A DNA stretch of 63,931 nt, counting the filler, from Folioceros fuciformis (lineage: Eukaryota): the NCBI GenBank assembly GCA_049999805.1. It is 20 parts of 20 records of this genome, joined end to end, with 100 filler letters (N's around TTAATTAATTAA, not from the genome) between each part and the next. Parts side by side here need not be neighbours in the genome. Positions count along the whole stretch, not along the records: positions 47,637 to 52,715 come from JBNGIO010005044.1; positions 52,816 to 54,824 come from JBNGIO010005045.1; positions 54,925 to 56,690 come from JBNGIO010005046.1; positions 56,791 to 58,474 come from JBNGIO010005047.1; positions 58,575 to 62,769 come from JBNGIO010005049.1; 15 more parts are not named here. The stretch is one strand, 5' to 3'. A program made the position numbers and the translations under genes. The notes below the pieces were generated by a model, which saw nothing but the letters and a program-made list of their open reading frames with translations, was not told the DNA's origin and did no database searches. The stretch's first letter is position 1. Every line of letters begins with the position of its first letter. Positions 50,864-62,869 of this stretch are shown one piece after another.

Positions 50864-51852
50864 GGTAGAAGCTAGGGACATGAGCATCTGAAGTCATCCC
50901 CATGCCGCAGCACAGTATGCCCTTCTGCTAAAGAGGTCCTTACCCTCTTTTCTCCTGTTGACAATCTTGGGATGGCTGCTTCCTAACTTCCAAGGGGGGT
51001 GGCACCCCCCTCTGCCATGCTCCCGCCGGTGGTCGATTCCACCACTTTGGTTCCTTCTTCCATGGCGGTGGCCAACTCCACTATTGTGGTGGATGGTTCC
51101 ACGATGGTGGCTATTTCAACCACCTTGGTAGCTGACTCCCTACCCCTCTTCGGTTTGTTTCAAATTCTCTCTTGACTCTGGCCCTAGCCTCATCCCCTCT
51201 CCTGCTCATACCTATCCTCCACCTTCATGAACTTCTTCAGCACAACAGTGCACGCTACTCCTCCCAACCTCCACAATGGCCACACCTAGATGTCGAATCT
51301 CCACTCGACTTTGAATTACACAAGATCATGATGCCAGATGGTGGTCTTCCTCCAGTTGCGCTCCGCCTCTGTTAGTGGTCCTTTGCTCGCTGTCCGACCA
51401 GACTCCACAAATGGGGTTGCTATTTCCACTTGGGCTATGCTTGTACCTTCCATCTTTAGCCACCGTTGTGGAATGAGCCACCTCCCCACTACTCTACACA
51501 ACTATACAGACAATTTTTATTCTAAAAAACCCCAAGGTCCAAGGACCTTCTAGCCTGCCTTGACATTCACACTTCAAGGTCCAAGGACTAGTTATTTGTA
51601 AAACAAAAAAACAAAAAAATCCAAGAAGTGATACTACAATAGGCCAAGGACAACGTTTGGTTCAAAAGCCCTTCCCTTGGGCAGTTCCTGAATACTCCAT
51701 CATGCAAAACGTAAGAAAAACAAAAAAAATCATTCAAACCATCAGTCTAGGGAAGGGATATTGCACATGTAGTCTTCCACATTAGTCTACCTCTATTTTA
51801 AAATTCACTATTAAATTAGTCTATTTCTATTTTAAAATGGACTATCAACTTA

Positions 51853-52715
51853 ATGAATCCCCAGGATCTATCACATGCGGACTTGAAGGGTAAAATTAAT
51901 GGGGCTCTCCTGGCAGTAGATGTTGGGCCAGTTAAAATTCAAGCAGTTCAAAAGTTTCGCACGTCGCTTGGTATCATTGTGGAGTCGGAGGCCGTGTGTG
52001 ATACAGTTATTGCGACAGCTCCTGTTTGGGGCCCAATGGCTTTTTCATCCTTCTCCGACGTCTCAACTCCACGTATTCGTCACCAGATTCTGGTTCATGA
52101 TGTCCCTGTCAGCTTATCAATGGAGGAATTCAAGGAAGAAGTTCTCAAAGACAATTACATCACCTTCGAGGGTGAGCCTCGGTGGCTCCTCCAGGATCTT
52201 TCTACCAAGCGGTATTCTTCAGTTTTGGTATCCCTTCCTGACGTTGATTCTGCATCTGCAATTCTTCGACGCGGCCTTGCTTTGCAGGGGCGCATGCTGC
52301 GGGTGACACCTTTTGTACCCAATGCCCGCCCTACTCAATGCTTCCGGTGTCAACGTTTTGGACACACTCAGACATTCTGCAAGAGCGCGGAGCGATGCTT
52401 GAACTGTGGTGGGCCTCATCCAGCTTCGGACTGTAAGGTGGCAACCTCTCTATGCTGCAACTGCCATGGATCTCATCGGGCCATTGACCCTTCATGCCAT
52501 ACTCGCCTCGAAGCTAACTCCAAGTTTTTCTCTCGACCAGGCCCCTCATGAGTCCCCTCAAGATCTTTCAACTTAACTGTCACCGATCCTGTGTGGTCAT
52601 CTCTACTCTTCTGAATCTGCTTCTATCGTCTCTTGACATTCTTTTCCTTCAGGAGCCTTATGTCATTAACCCTTCCACTGCACTCTCTCACCCGCAATGG
52701 ACTCCTATCCTCCCC
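51853..52715 (+). mobile_element. LINE of I/Tad1/R1-like architecture: ORF1 with three CCHC knuckles and start of ORF2 AP-endonuclease
   Basis: ORF1 51853-52551 has QCFRCQRFGHTQTFC, CLNCGGPHPASDC and CCNCHGSHRAIDPSC. ORF2 overlaps it by ATGA at 52548: LKIFQLNCHRS...DILFLQEP. Confidence 0.88.
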
Positions 52716-52815
52716 NNNNNNNNNNNNNNNNNNNNNNNNNNNNNNNNNNNNNNNNNNNNTTAATTAATTAANNNNNNNNNNNNNNNNNNNNNNNNNNNNN
52801 NNNNNNNNNNNNNNN

Positions 52816-54002
52816 TGCATCCTGTATGTGCCCAATCATGGTGTCATGAATGCTGATTGACAGCCAATACATGACCTTCCGAGATCCTTGACTCCAATCC
52901 TTCAGCGCCTTAATCTGCTCTGCTGTTGCATTCCGTTCAAGTACTACAGGGGGTTTTTCATGCTCCCCCTCAATGTAGTCCCAATAACCCTTTCCCATAA
53001 GAAAGTTTGTAAAACAAAACTTCCAGGCATGGAAGTTGTTTTTGTCCAGCTTCTCATGCACGATCTGGTTAATACTGTCACTGGCCATTCTTGCCACCAC
53101 TCAAGGTTGACACTCAATTCTTCTTGAGTACTCACACCTGATAAACGTCTGCAAGAAAGAGACTGCTTCTGACTGGAGTTTCACAAGACCTTAAGTCTCT
53201 TCTTCCTTAGAGCAATCTGGTGCGGAATCACGCTGCCTTGCATGAACCAGATTGTCTCATGCTCTGTGTCCTTACAGACTCTTGATGATCTGCCCACAAA
53301 GCTCCCGTGAGATTTCGTGTCCATTCCTTCCTTGCTGCCAAGCTAGGGTTAGCACACTTTCTTGCAGCTGCTGAGGCCACTGCAGCTGTTGCCTCCACCT
53401 ATCAGCCCTTCCACAGAGCTCCGGGGATCAACAGCCCGTCCAGTAAGCTGACAAGGCCTTGTCGCCCTTCTCCTCACTTCCTACACACATCGATATGAGA
53501 GTTAGCTGCCGGCCGAGACGCTTGTTGAGATTTGTTGCCGATCTCCCTCCAAGCTGCTCCAACTCCTCGTAGCTGCTCCAGCTCCTTGTGTGCACTCTTG
53601 CTGCCTCTTGCAGCACCTCCTACACCGATCTTGCACCGCCCTCAGGTGTACCCGCCTGGCTCTCCAGCTTTGGGCTACGCTTGGCAATCTGGCTCTCAAG
53701 CTCTGATACCATGTTAATAGGATTGCCTCCGATCTATGTGCAAGTGTAGGAGAGGAGAGGAGAGAAGAGAGAGTGGTATTGGTGGTCATAACCAAAAACA
53801 ATACACATCACCATTGTCTTACTATGGAGGTATGAGGTCTCCATTTAAGTAGTACATTTAGGGCTACACAACTTCCAAGCTCAATATGGGATAATCTACA
53901 CTATCCTAAGTTCATTAATAACTAGAACTAGTTTAGTATGAACCCAACCGGGATAACTAACACCACATGAGTTTAGCTTATATAGAGCTCGATAACTCAA
54001 CA
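52816..54002 (-). mobile_element. Ty1/copia 5' end (LTR about 54002-53712, Met PBS 53711-53700, leader, gag start)
   Basis: TGGTATCAGAGC after an LTR bounded by TGTT...AACA. Gag from ATG 53088: EKLDKNNFHAWKF...LMGKGYWDYIEG. Confidence 0.88.
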
Positions 54003-54824
54003 TCTTCTAGGGTCACACTCACAAATGTTCTTTATGTCCCTTCAATGACCAAAAACTTGATGACTGTTCTAAAGTTGTCACAGGAACATTATTGCCGAGT
54101 GTGTTTTGATCAGCAAGGGTGTTATGTCTCAAGTACTAGGTCTGGACATGATCTTTTCTTAGGCTCGCCTTTTCATGACTTGTATCTCCTGAATGTCAAA
54201 ACTGATCTCAATGCCATTCAGTCAGTTCACTCTACAGATGTCCCCTCCACACAATTGTGGCACTGTCGTCTGGGACATGTCAACTTCCAACGTCTTAGTT
54301 CCCTTGTCAAAGGAGAGAGTTATAGCGAGCCTTTGGATTTCTCTTTTGATAAGAATACTTTTTGTGAAGCTTGTCATTTGAGTAAGGCTCATTCGCTGCC
54401 TTTTAAGGATTTAGCCCTTAGCAGAGCCGATGGTTTACTTCACACTATACAAAGCGACATATGTGTTCCCATGTCCACAAGCTCCTTTGGAGGAGCAGAC
54501 TATTTCCTGACCTTCATTGATGAATGGAGCTGATACTGTGTGGTTTACTTACTTCGACAAAAGAGTGAGACTTTTGACTGCTTCAAGTCTTATGTTCGGT
54601 ATGCTCAACGGCAGACTACAAGTAAGATCCGAATTTTGCGAACGGACGATGGTGGTGAGTACACCAGCCATGCCTTCATTTCATTCTACACACAGGAAGG
54701 GATTCTTCACCAGTTGGCAGTTCCTTACACCCCAGAACAAAATGCCTTCTCAAAACGCAAAAAACAAAACTTTGCAAGAAGCTACTTTGGCTTCACTGTC
54801 CTTTGCTGGATTAACCCGTGGATA
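54003..54824 (+). mobile_element. Ty1/copia GAG-pre-integrase/integrase fragment
   Basis: NVLYVPSMTKNL, LWHCRLGH, CEAC, FIDEWS and LRTDDGGEY, with a stop and a frameshift. Confidence 0.92.
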
Positions 54825-54924
54825 NNNNNNNNNNNNNNNNNNNNNNNNNNNNNNNNNNNNNNNNNNNNTTAATTAATTAANNNNNNNNNNNNNNNNNNNN
54901 NNNNNNNNNNNNNNNNNNNNNNNN

Positions 54925-56690
54925 ATAAACTCTTTGACCCTGTGTCCCACAAAGTGATTCATGCCCGCACGGTGGTCTTTGATGAACGGCCTGTCCTGTT
55001 GCCACAGTCATCAGCAGATTCTGATCCACAGTCTGCATCCACAGATCAGCTAGATCCTTCCTCTGAGGTTTCTGAGGTAGGAGATGCAGATCAGTTAGAG
55101 TCATCTACCTTCCCTATTTTTGATGCCTCTTTTCCAGCTGATGATGTTGGTGCTGATCTCCTTCCTGTTCTAGATCCACAGCCTGATTATCTTCCTTCCT
55201 CTACATCTGGTTCAGATAATGAGAATGGTTCTGTCACGGAAGACTCATCTTCAAATGATGATGATTCCTCTGTCCAGCAACATGTCCCTCAGTTTCCACC
55301 TGCTGATTCTCCACCTGCTGAATTTCTAGCTCCTGTCCCGCAGGCACCTCCTCTTCGTCGCTCCACTCGTCCTCATCGTCCTCTCTCTGACTGGAGGGAA
55401 CCCCCTTATAGTAGTGATGATTTCCGTCGGGTCCCCCCTCCACCTTCTGACACTGCCCATCTTGTTGTCAACCCTGGATATGAGCCACAGTCATACAAGG
55501 AGGCTATTAGTGGACCTGAATCTAGCCAGTGGGAGGCTGCCATCAGATCTGAATATGATAGTCTTATACAAAATCAGACTTGGGAGCTGTGCCTTCCGCC
55601 TCAGGGGAGGAAAAGTGTCAGCTCTAAATGGGTTTTTAAACTGAAATATAAGGCGGATGGCACAATAGCTCGCTACAAGGCTAGATTGGTAGCGCGAGGT
55701 TTCTCACAGGTTCCCGGACTTGATTATCATGACACATTCTCTCCTGTGGTCAAGTCTCAATCTCTCCGGGTTTTGTTTTCTATGTCTGCCTTTTTCAAGC
55801 TGTTCATCCATCAGATGGATGTTAAGACTGCGTTCTTACATGGTAAACTTGAGGAGGAGATATTTATGCAGCAGCCCGAAGGCTTTGAGATCAAGGGGAA
55901 GGAGACACATGTCTGTAAGCTTCTGAAGACGATCTACAGGCTGAAACAGAGCCCTAGGGCTTGGTATTCTTGCATTGACGAGTTTCTGACAGGGCTGAGT
56001 TTCACGAAGAGTTCAGCAGACACTAATGTGTATTTTCTGCAGCATGGAACTAGCTATATTATTTTAGCTCTATATGTTGATGATTGTATCATCATGGGCA
56101 CTGATCTTGAAGGAATTGACAAGGTTAAAGCTCTCTTATCTGGGCGCTTTGATATGGTTGACATTGGCGAGCTCACTTATAGTCTGGGCACACAGCTTCT
56201 GCGCAATCCAGATACAGGAGCCTTAGCCATTCATCAAGAGAAGTACATATATGATATGCTGCACAAGTATAAGCTTACAGAAGCCAAGCCAGCACTTACT
56301 CCGTTAGAAGCAGGGTGCAAACTTACAAAGTCTCAGTCGCCCTCAACTGAACGAAAGAAGGAGGAAATGTCTCTGGTGCCTTATGCTCAAGCTGTAGGGT
56401 CCTTGATTTTCTGCTCTAATCACACACGACCAGATGTCTCCTTTGCAGTCAGTTCTGTGTCACAATATTTGAAGGAGCCTGGAAGACCACATTGGTCTGC
56501 AGCTAAGCGCATCTTGAGGTACCTGAAGGCCACCAGCAGTCATGGCATACATTATTCCCGTCAGTCACATGATGAGGACAGCTTCACTTTAGTTGGATAC
56601 TGTGATGCTGATTGGGCAGCTGACTCTGACACGAGAAAGTCAGTCTCAGCTTATACATTTCTCTTGGCTGGTGGGGCCGTTACCTGGTCC
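54925..56690 (+). mobile_element. Ty1/copia integrase C-terminus, RT and RNase H start; uninterrupted frame
   Basis: EPQSYKEA, YKARLVARG, HQMDVKTAFLHG, LALYVDD and GYCDADWA. Confidence 0.96.
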
Positions 56691-56790
56691 NNNNNNNNNN
56701 NNNNNNNNNNNNNNNNNNNNNNNNNNNNNNNNNNTTAATTAATTAANNNNNNNNNNNNNNNNNNNNNNNNNNNNNNNNNNNNNNNNNNNN

Positions 56791-56856
56791 GTGAGGGATG
56801 GGTACCGTGTGCATCGATTCGCAAATGGTTGTTGCAGTTGTAAGGGACGACCATGA
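56791..56856 (+). CDS. C-terminal end of a PPR-DYW deaminase domain, GRP variant (DYW:KP-like); rest of gene beyond contig edge
   Basis: Frame 1 of the contig reads VRDGYRVHRFANGCCSCKGRP*. This matches the DYW terminal signature VRDxxRFHHFxxGxCSCxDYW, with GRP as the final tripeptide. Confidence 0.85.
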   Translation: MRDGYRVHRFANGCCSCKGRP

Positions 56857-57721
56857 GAAAAATGAAGAAGTGAGTGTAGCCAGTGCCAGGCGGATTCCTA
56901 GTGGTGTGCGGATTCGTCTTGGTGGCAAGTACCATGTTCCTCTACGGGCATTTGAGGGCATTTCGCTCTGTGGGACTAGGTACTTCACAACTTTGTAGCA
57001 AGCCTAGCATGTTTTCCTTGCACCCCTGCACACTCTTCATGATGAGCACGTTGTACACGTGCTTTGCAGGGTCTCCACAACTCTTCTCCTTACCAATACT
57101 GCCGTATGTGTATGATGCTGTACAGTGCAGGTGAAAGCACATTGGTAGCCAGTATGCCGAGGAGTATCAAGGCACAAGAGCTTGGCAGTTCACAGGAAAC
57201 AGGTGAAACGAGCAACCCCAATCACAATCCAGGCAGTGCGAGGCACATATCTAGACTTTTACTTAAGGGCAATTCTTCGTCTAGTCACATCCAGGACCGC
57301 GTTGCCGTTTCGGCCTTCAAGATACCAACTGACCCAACTGCCTGATCAGAAACAGAGACTGTGATACCATGGCTCGGTTAAAATATCTTGGGCTATGTAG
57401 GCTGTTATGCACTTAGCGTTGACAAGCCTTAAATGAAATTCTCGTTTTTCTTATGGCGGCTGACAAGCTATTAACTGTTTTGTATATCTAAACTGAAACA
57501 TAAAGTTACTACCTAATATCCGTTACATGGTCAAGTGGTCTGAAGCACCAGTCCGACAGCTCGGCCACAGGTATTACAGGACGGGTCACCCCTTCAGGCA
57601 GGACTGCTCACGGTTCACCCCTTCAGCTGCTGTGGTCATACATTCGTACAGTGTACCCGGCCGGGGATCTGCCTAGACGAGACTTTTGTTAGAGTCATCT
57701 TCCGACAGCGGTCCCTGAACG

Positions 57722-58474
57722 ATGGCCACAGTATGGCAACCGGACCTGTTGCGGACCCATCAAATTGGAATTGGTGTGTGTGCAAGGACTCTACCAGGAA
57801 CCCCCGCTCACCTCAGCTTCGGGAGTGAACCCTTTGCAAACAAAGCCTCCAGGTGCAGCAGTGTCAGGAGCCCAGCACTTCCACCTCCGAGAACGAGAAG
57901 GTGTGTGGGCAGGGACGGGTTTTCCGACGATGCTGGTAGTTGCCAGGAGCAGCAGGAGCACTTGTGGCGACAACTTTTTCTGGATCCTACCATGTGGTGG
58001 GACAACAGACGAGACAAGAAGAGCTCCCGTTCCCCTCACTTCCGGCGTAAGGGGTCCGGCGAGGTGCTGCGGTTGGACAACAAATTTAAGCCAGCATGGG
58101 TTGATGAGCGGCTCGTCTCCTTGGATATGCAGATGGATCACGCTTCCGCTCCTTCCACCTCCAGCTCTCCAGATAATCCTGAACCTGGAAAGCGTAGAGG
58201 TGGTGAAATGGGCTCCAGGGGCAGCAGTGCAGGAAACCCAGCACTTCCACATGCAATGGGCCATGGAGTCTCTTCTTTCGAGTCCAGCTCTCTGTATAAG
58301 CATGGGTCTGGCAGGCGTGCAGAATTGGAAGCGGGCGTCGTGACTGCTGCAACCGTGAGCATGTTGTGTCATCAGGGGAAGCTTTCTGAGCCCTGGAATC
58401 TCTGGTGCAGTCAGACTCTGGCGCTTGTCAGTCTCTGTTTTACACAGTGTTAAAACTCTGTACAGCTAAGAAGG
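57722..58474 (+). CDS. 5' part of a probable organelle-targeted PPR protein carrying an OSB-type PDF motif; apparent 1-bp frameshift near 58390
   Basis: Ser/Arg-rich transit-like N-terminus and the motif LWRQLFLDPTMWWDNRRDKKSSRSPHFRRKGSGEVLRLD...PAWV. Then SMLCHQGKLSE, and after restoring one G, ALESLVQSDSGACQSLFYTVLKLCTAKK, typical of the start of a PLS-PPR tract. Confidence 0.7.
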
Positions 58475-58574
58475 NNNNNNNNNNNNNNNNNNNNNNNNNN
58501 NNNNNNNNNNNNNNNNNNTTAATTAATTAANNNNNNNNNNNNNNNNNNNNNNNNNNNNNNNNNNNNNNNNNNNN

Positions 58575-61500
58575 AGGCGACCTCAGACTTCTGCAAACTC
58601 AAATGCGAGCCCTTATAAATCGGCATAGGAGATTCATCACCTTGCTGGAGCGATTGTTGTCGGGACGCAATTCCTCTTGAACAGGCCATCTTTCCCTATA
58701 CTTATGCGATTTGTAATCAGCGACACCAACTCTGGCTCGTTTGCACAAAGACAGACTCAGCAAACGCGAGATTTCAATCGGCACAACTGAGTTCATGACT
58801 CTGGATCAGCTTACGTGCGCGGGCGAACGTAAGCTGATTTCGAGGACGCGCGCGTGACGCTGAACCGGTGCTGGCCGAAGAGCGATAGGGGCGCGACTGT
58901 TTGCAACTGCCGCGGCCAGGCGATGCAAGATCTTGAGGACGCGCCTCTGCCCTATGATCAGCAATCCAGGTCAACATCGTCAGATTAATCCGGATGTGTG
59001 TGGTCGCAAAGGGTGCATGCTCAAATGGCGAAACAGACGCGACTGGTGAAGCAACTTTTTAGAGGCAAGGGATTTCTCTGTAACTGCTACAGCTGGTTCG
59101 CGGCTTTGCCAGCTTGCTACCTTGCACACCACCTTGCAACCGTTCGCCCCCGTCTTGCGCTTGATTTTTTTTCTTCCCGAAACTCAGCATGCTCCGTGTT
59201 GGTCTACACAATCGATCAGCGCGAATCAGTTTTTCAGCATCCACCTTTGAGAATCGAGCCTGTTAATTGCTTGCGTGCGCGATGAACACCACGCAGAGTT
59301 CTGCAGGGCTCCTCTTTGGCGTGGGGACTGGAAACGTCTCCCCCGCCGTGAGTTCTGCAGCTCCAGGCAGCACTGCTGTGCCATCGCCGCCATCTTCCTC
59401 TACGTCAGGTCCAGCGCAGGGTGCAGGTGGAGCTTCCGCCTCTACCTCTGGTGCTGCCACTACCTCTGGCGTTTTTCCAAACCCCTACACAAGCCTTTAT
59501 GCAGGACTTGGTGGCCTTGGTAACTGGTATTCTGGTCTTGGCGGTGCCAGTGGTGGATCAAGTGGCAGTGGCGGACCACCCAATCCTCCACCACCTCCGC
59601 CCGTACCACCACCTAATCCGCCTGCACAAGGAACCTCAGGCTCGCTTGCTGCTCAAGCTCACATTTATCAGCCGGCGTACACCATTGAATTCAAAGAACG
59701 TGACCGATTCAATGGTACAAAATACCAGGTGTGGAGTGTTCGGATGCAAGCTGCCCTTGATGCCAGGCATGTCTAGGGAGTTGTGAGTGGCCAGATTCCA
59801 CAACCCTCACCTAACGCCACACAAGATGACAAGGACCGATGGATGAATGCAAATAACGTCGCTCGTGCCCTGCTCATCAGTGGGTTAGATGAGGTACTTG
59901 TTCCCGATGTAGCTTACCTTTTTAAGGCCGAGGACATCTGGAATCAGCAGTCACAGACTTATGATGTGAGGAATATCATTACACTGTGCACAGTACGTGG
60001 GGAACTCTTCTCATTACGGATGAAGGAGGGAGAGAAAGTAGCCACCTTCGTGGCTAAGTTCAGACACTTGAGATCACAGCTGATCTCACTTGGTTCTCAG
60101 CTGGGCGAGGTTGACTCTGTGGCTCAACTTCCCATAGTTATCAGTCCTTCGTTTCAAGCTATGGGGCAGCTCTTCGTGTTGCCCAACAAGCTGCTGCTGC
60201 TGGACAAGTACCCAACATAACCTTCACAGATATTGTTGGTGCCCTTCTACAGGAAGAGCAAAGTCGCAGCATGCATACACCAGGAAAGACAAAAGCTGAT
60301 AAGGTCCTGTATTCTAACAAGAACAAACCACAAGGGAAAATTAAGAATATACCTGGTGTTGGTGTATCCAAGCCAGGGCAAGGAAAACGATCTGGATCCT
60401 GCAACTGGTGTGGGTTTCCAGGGCATTGGGAGCGCGAATGCAAGAAGAGGAAAAATGGGAGAACCGAGGAAGGCCGAGAAACCCTAGAAAACGGTTGAGG
60501 CCCACTCAGTTTCCAAGGACAGGTCTTCACCGACCTCTTCTTCTCGCAAGCAGCCAGTTGTGATGACCGTCTGCCATTCCAACACAATCTGTGAGCCAGA
60601 TTCTTGGTATTTGGATTCGGGTGCCACAACCCATATCTGCCATAATCGTCACTTGCTTAGTAACTTTTCTCCAACACATACTAATGAGAAGGTGTTGTTG
60701 GGAGATGAACTTACCCAAACAGGTTTGAGAATTCTTGGTACAGGATCATGTGCTTTCCGACTTAAGGATGGCTCTGCACTGCAGTTGGACAACGTTCTCT
60801 ACGTTCCTACCATGGCAAAGCATCTTCTTTCGGTTAGCCAGTTGATGAAACTTGGGCAGTTTGACCTGCTATTTACAGCTGATGGTTGCATGCTCACCCA
60901 TAAAGGTGCTGATGATCCAGTGGCTTGTGGGCTTCTGGTTGATGACTTATATCGCCTAGATATATGTTGCCAATCTGCTCACAGCATTTTTGCAGCTGCT
61001 TACACACAGTCAGAATTAGCACAATTGTGGCATGCCCGTTTGGGCCATGCAAATAAGAACAAACTTATTAAGATGTCCAACACTGACTGTTATCGTGAGC
61101 CGCTGCCAACTTGTTTTAAGGAACTTGCCTTGTGTGACTCCTGCGTCCTTTCTAAGCAAAAGGAACTCCCCTTTCCAGCTACGGTTGCTCACCGTACTTC
61201 CAACGTCCAGGATCTGGTGCACACAGATATCTCAGGCAAAATTCAAGTGCCTTCTTTAGGCGGTTCCCACTATTACCTGACACTTACCGATGACTACAGT
61301 CGCTATTCATGGACTTTCCCTCTTCAGCGTAAATCTGACACATTTCCTGTATTCCAAGAATGGCTTCTCATGGTGCAACATCAGACCGGCCGTCTCCTTC
61401 GTTGTTTGCGATCGGACAATGGTACTGAATTTGTTAATCAAGAATTTAACCAGTATCTCTTGAAGCGTGGAATTATTCGTCAGTTGATTGTCCCCTACAC

Positions 61501-62769
61501 ACAGCAGCAAAACGGCGTGGCTGAAAGGAGGAATCAGACATTACTTGGAATGACACGCAGCATGCTTCAGTGGTCAGGTTTGGATAAATCCTACTGGGCT
61601 GAAGCTGTTGTCACGGCTACATACATTCTAAATCGACTTCTTACCAGTTCTGTGGAGACTCGAACTCCTTTTGAGGTCATTTGGCACCGCCGCCGCAGCC
61701 TCCTCCACTTGCGTGTCTTCGGCTCACCGGCTTATGCTTATATCCCTAAGAAACAACGCAAGAAACTTGACGACCGGGCAAAGCCTCTCATTTTTGTGGG
61801 TTATGGTGAGGGGACCAAGGCCTACAAATTATATGATCCTCTGTCTCGTACTTGCACCTTTGCTCACAGTGTTACTTTCAAGGAGCTTACCCGCCCGGCC
61901 GTTCCTCATTTTGCTGACCCTTCGGCTATTTCTTCTCCTGCTGATGACTTTGACCTTGAAGTTTCGAAGTATCCTCAGGATGTTTACATGGTTCCCCTTT
62001 CAGGGGGTGCTCCTCCTGCTGCTGCTGCTGGTGGTTCAGGGGGTGGTTCTCAGTCCCCTGCACCGTCATCTTCCTCCACACCACTTGACTTGCCTGTTTT
62101 AGGTCATTCTCCTGTCCAGCCAGATGATCCCACTGAATTAAATGACACACACGGGCTGCCAAGTGATGCAAGTGCTGAAGACTATGCTGAAGACAATGAA
62201 CCCCCTGCAGCACAGATTGATGACTTAGGCGAATTTCCTTTAGTTGAAGACTCACCTGATCTTCTTCATTCCTCTGCGTCTTCTGATGATGATGTTGATG
62301 AAGCCCCAGGCACCTCAGTTCCTGATGTTCCTGAGTCCCCTGTCTTACATGCTCCCGTCCCAGTGACTGAAGAACGCAGATACCCAAGCAGAATCCGAAA
62401 CCCTAGGGATCAGTGGCACGAGAAACCATATGAGTCAGTGGATTTTAGAATCCCTAAATCGTCCAGGCTGACACAAAACCCATCTCTAGTGTTCTCTTCC
62501 TCTACAGATCATCCTGCCGAACTCCGCAGTTATCAGGAAGCTATCACTGGTAAGGATAAGGATCATTGGATCCCGTCCATACAAGATGAGTATAATTCTC
62601 TTATACAAAATGAAACATGGGAGCTATGCCCCCTACCTGCTGGAAGGAAGGCCGTGAGTTGTAAATGGATTTTTAAACACAAGCTAAATGCTCAAGGCCA
62701 GATAGCTAGGTATAAATCCAGATTGGTCGCTCGAGGTTTTTCGCAGGTAGCTGGTGTAGATTATGTTGA
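58575..62769 (+). mobile_element. Ty1/copia element: upstream ORF end, leader, gag (ATG 59282), protease, integrase, start of RT
   Basis: YTIEFKERDRFNG, CNWCGFPGHWEREC, WYLDSGATTH, LRSDNGTEF, QQNGVAERRN and YKSRLVARG. Sister of the 39796 copy. Confidence 0.96.
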
Positions 62770-62869
62770 NNNNNNNNNNNNNNNNNNNNNNNNNNNNNNN
62801 NNNNNNNNNNNNNTTAATTAATTAANNNNNNNNNNNNNNNNNNNNNNNNNNNNNNNNNNNNNNNNNNNN

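Noticed and set aside
50940-51520. Ser/Thr/Val-rich degenerate repeat ORF pieces after the copia 3' LTR
   Set aside because: Interrupted by stops and with no identifiable domain; cannot be assigned from sequence alone.
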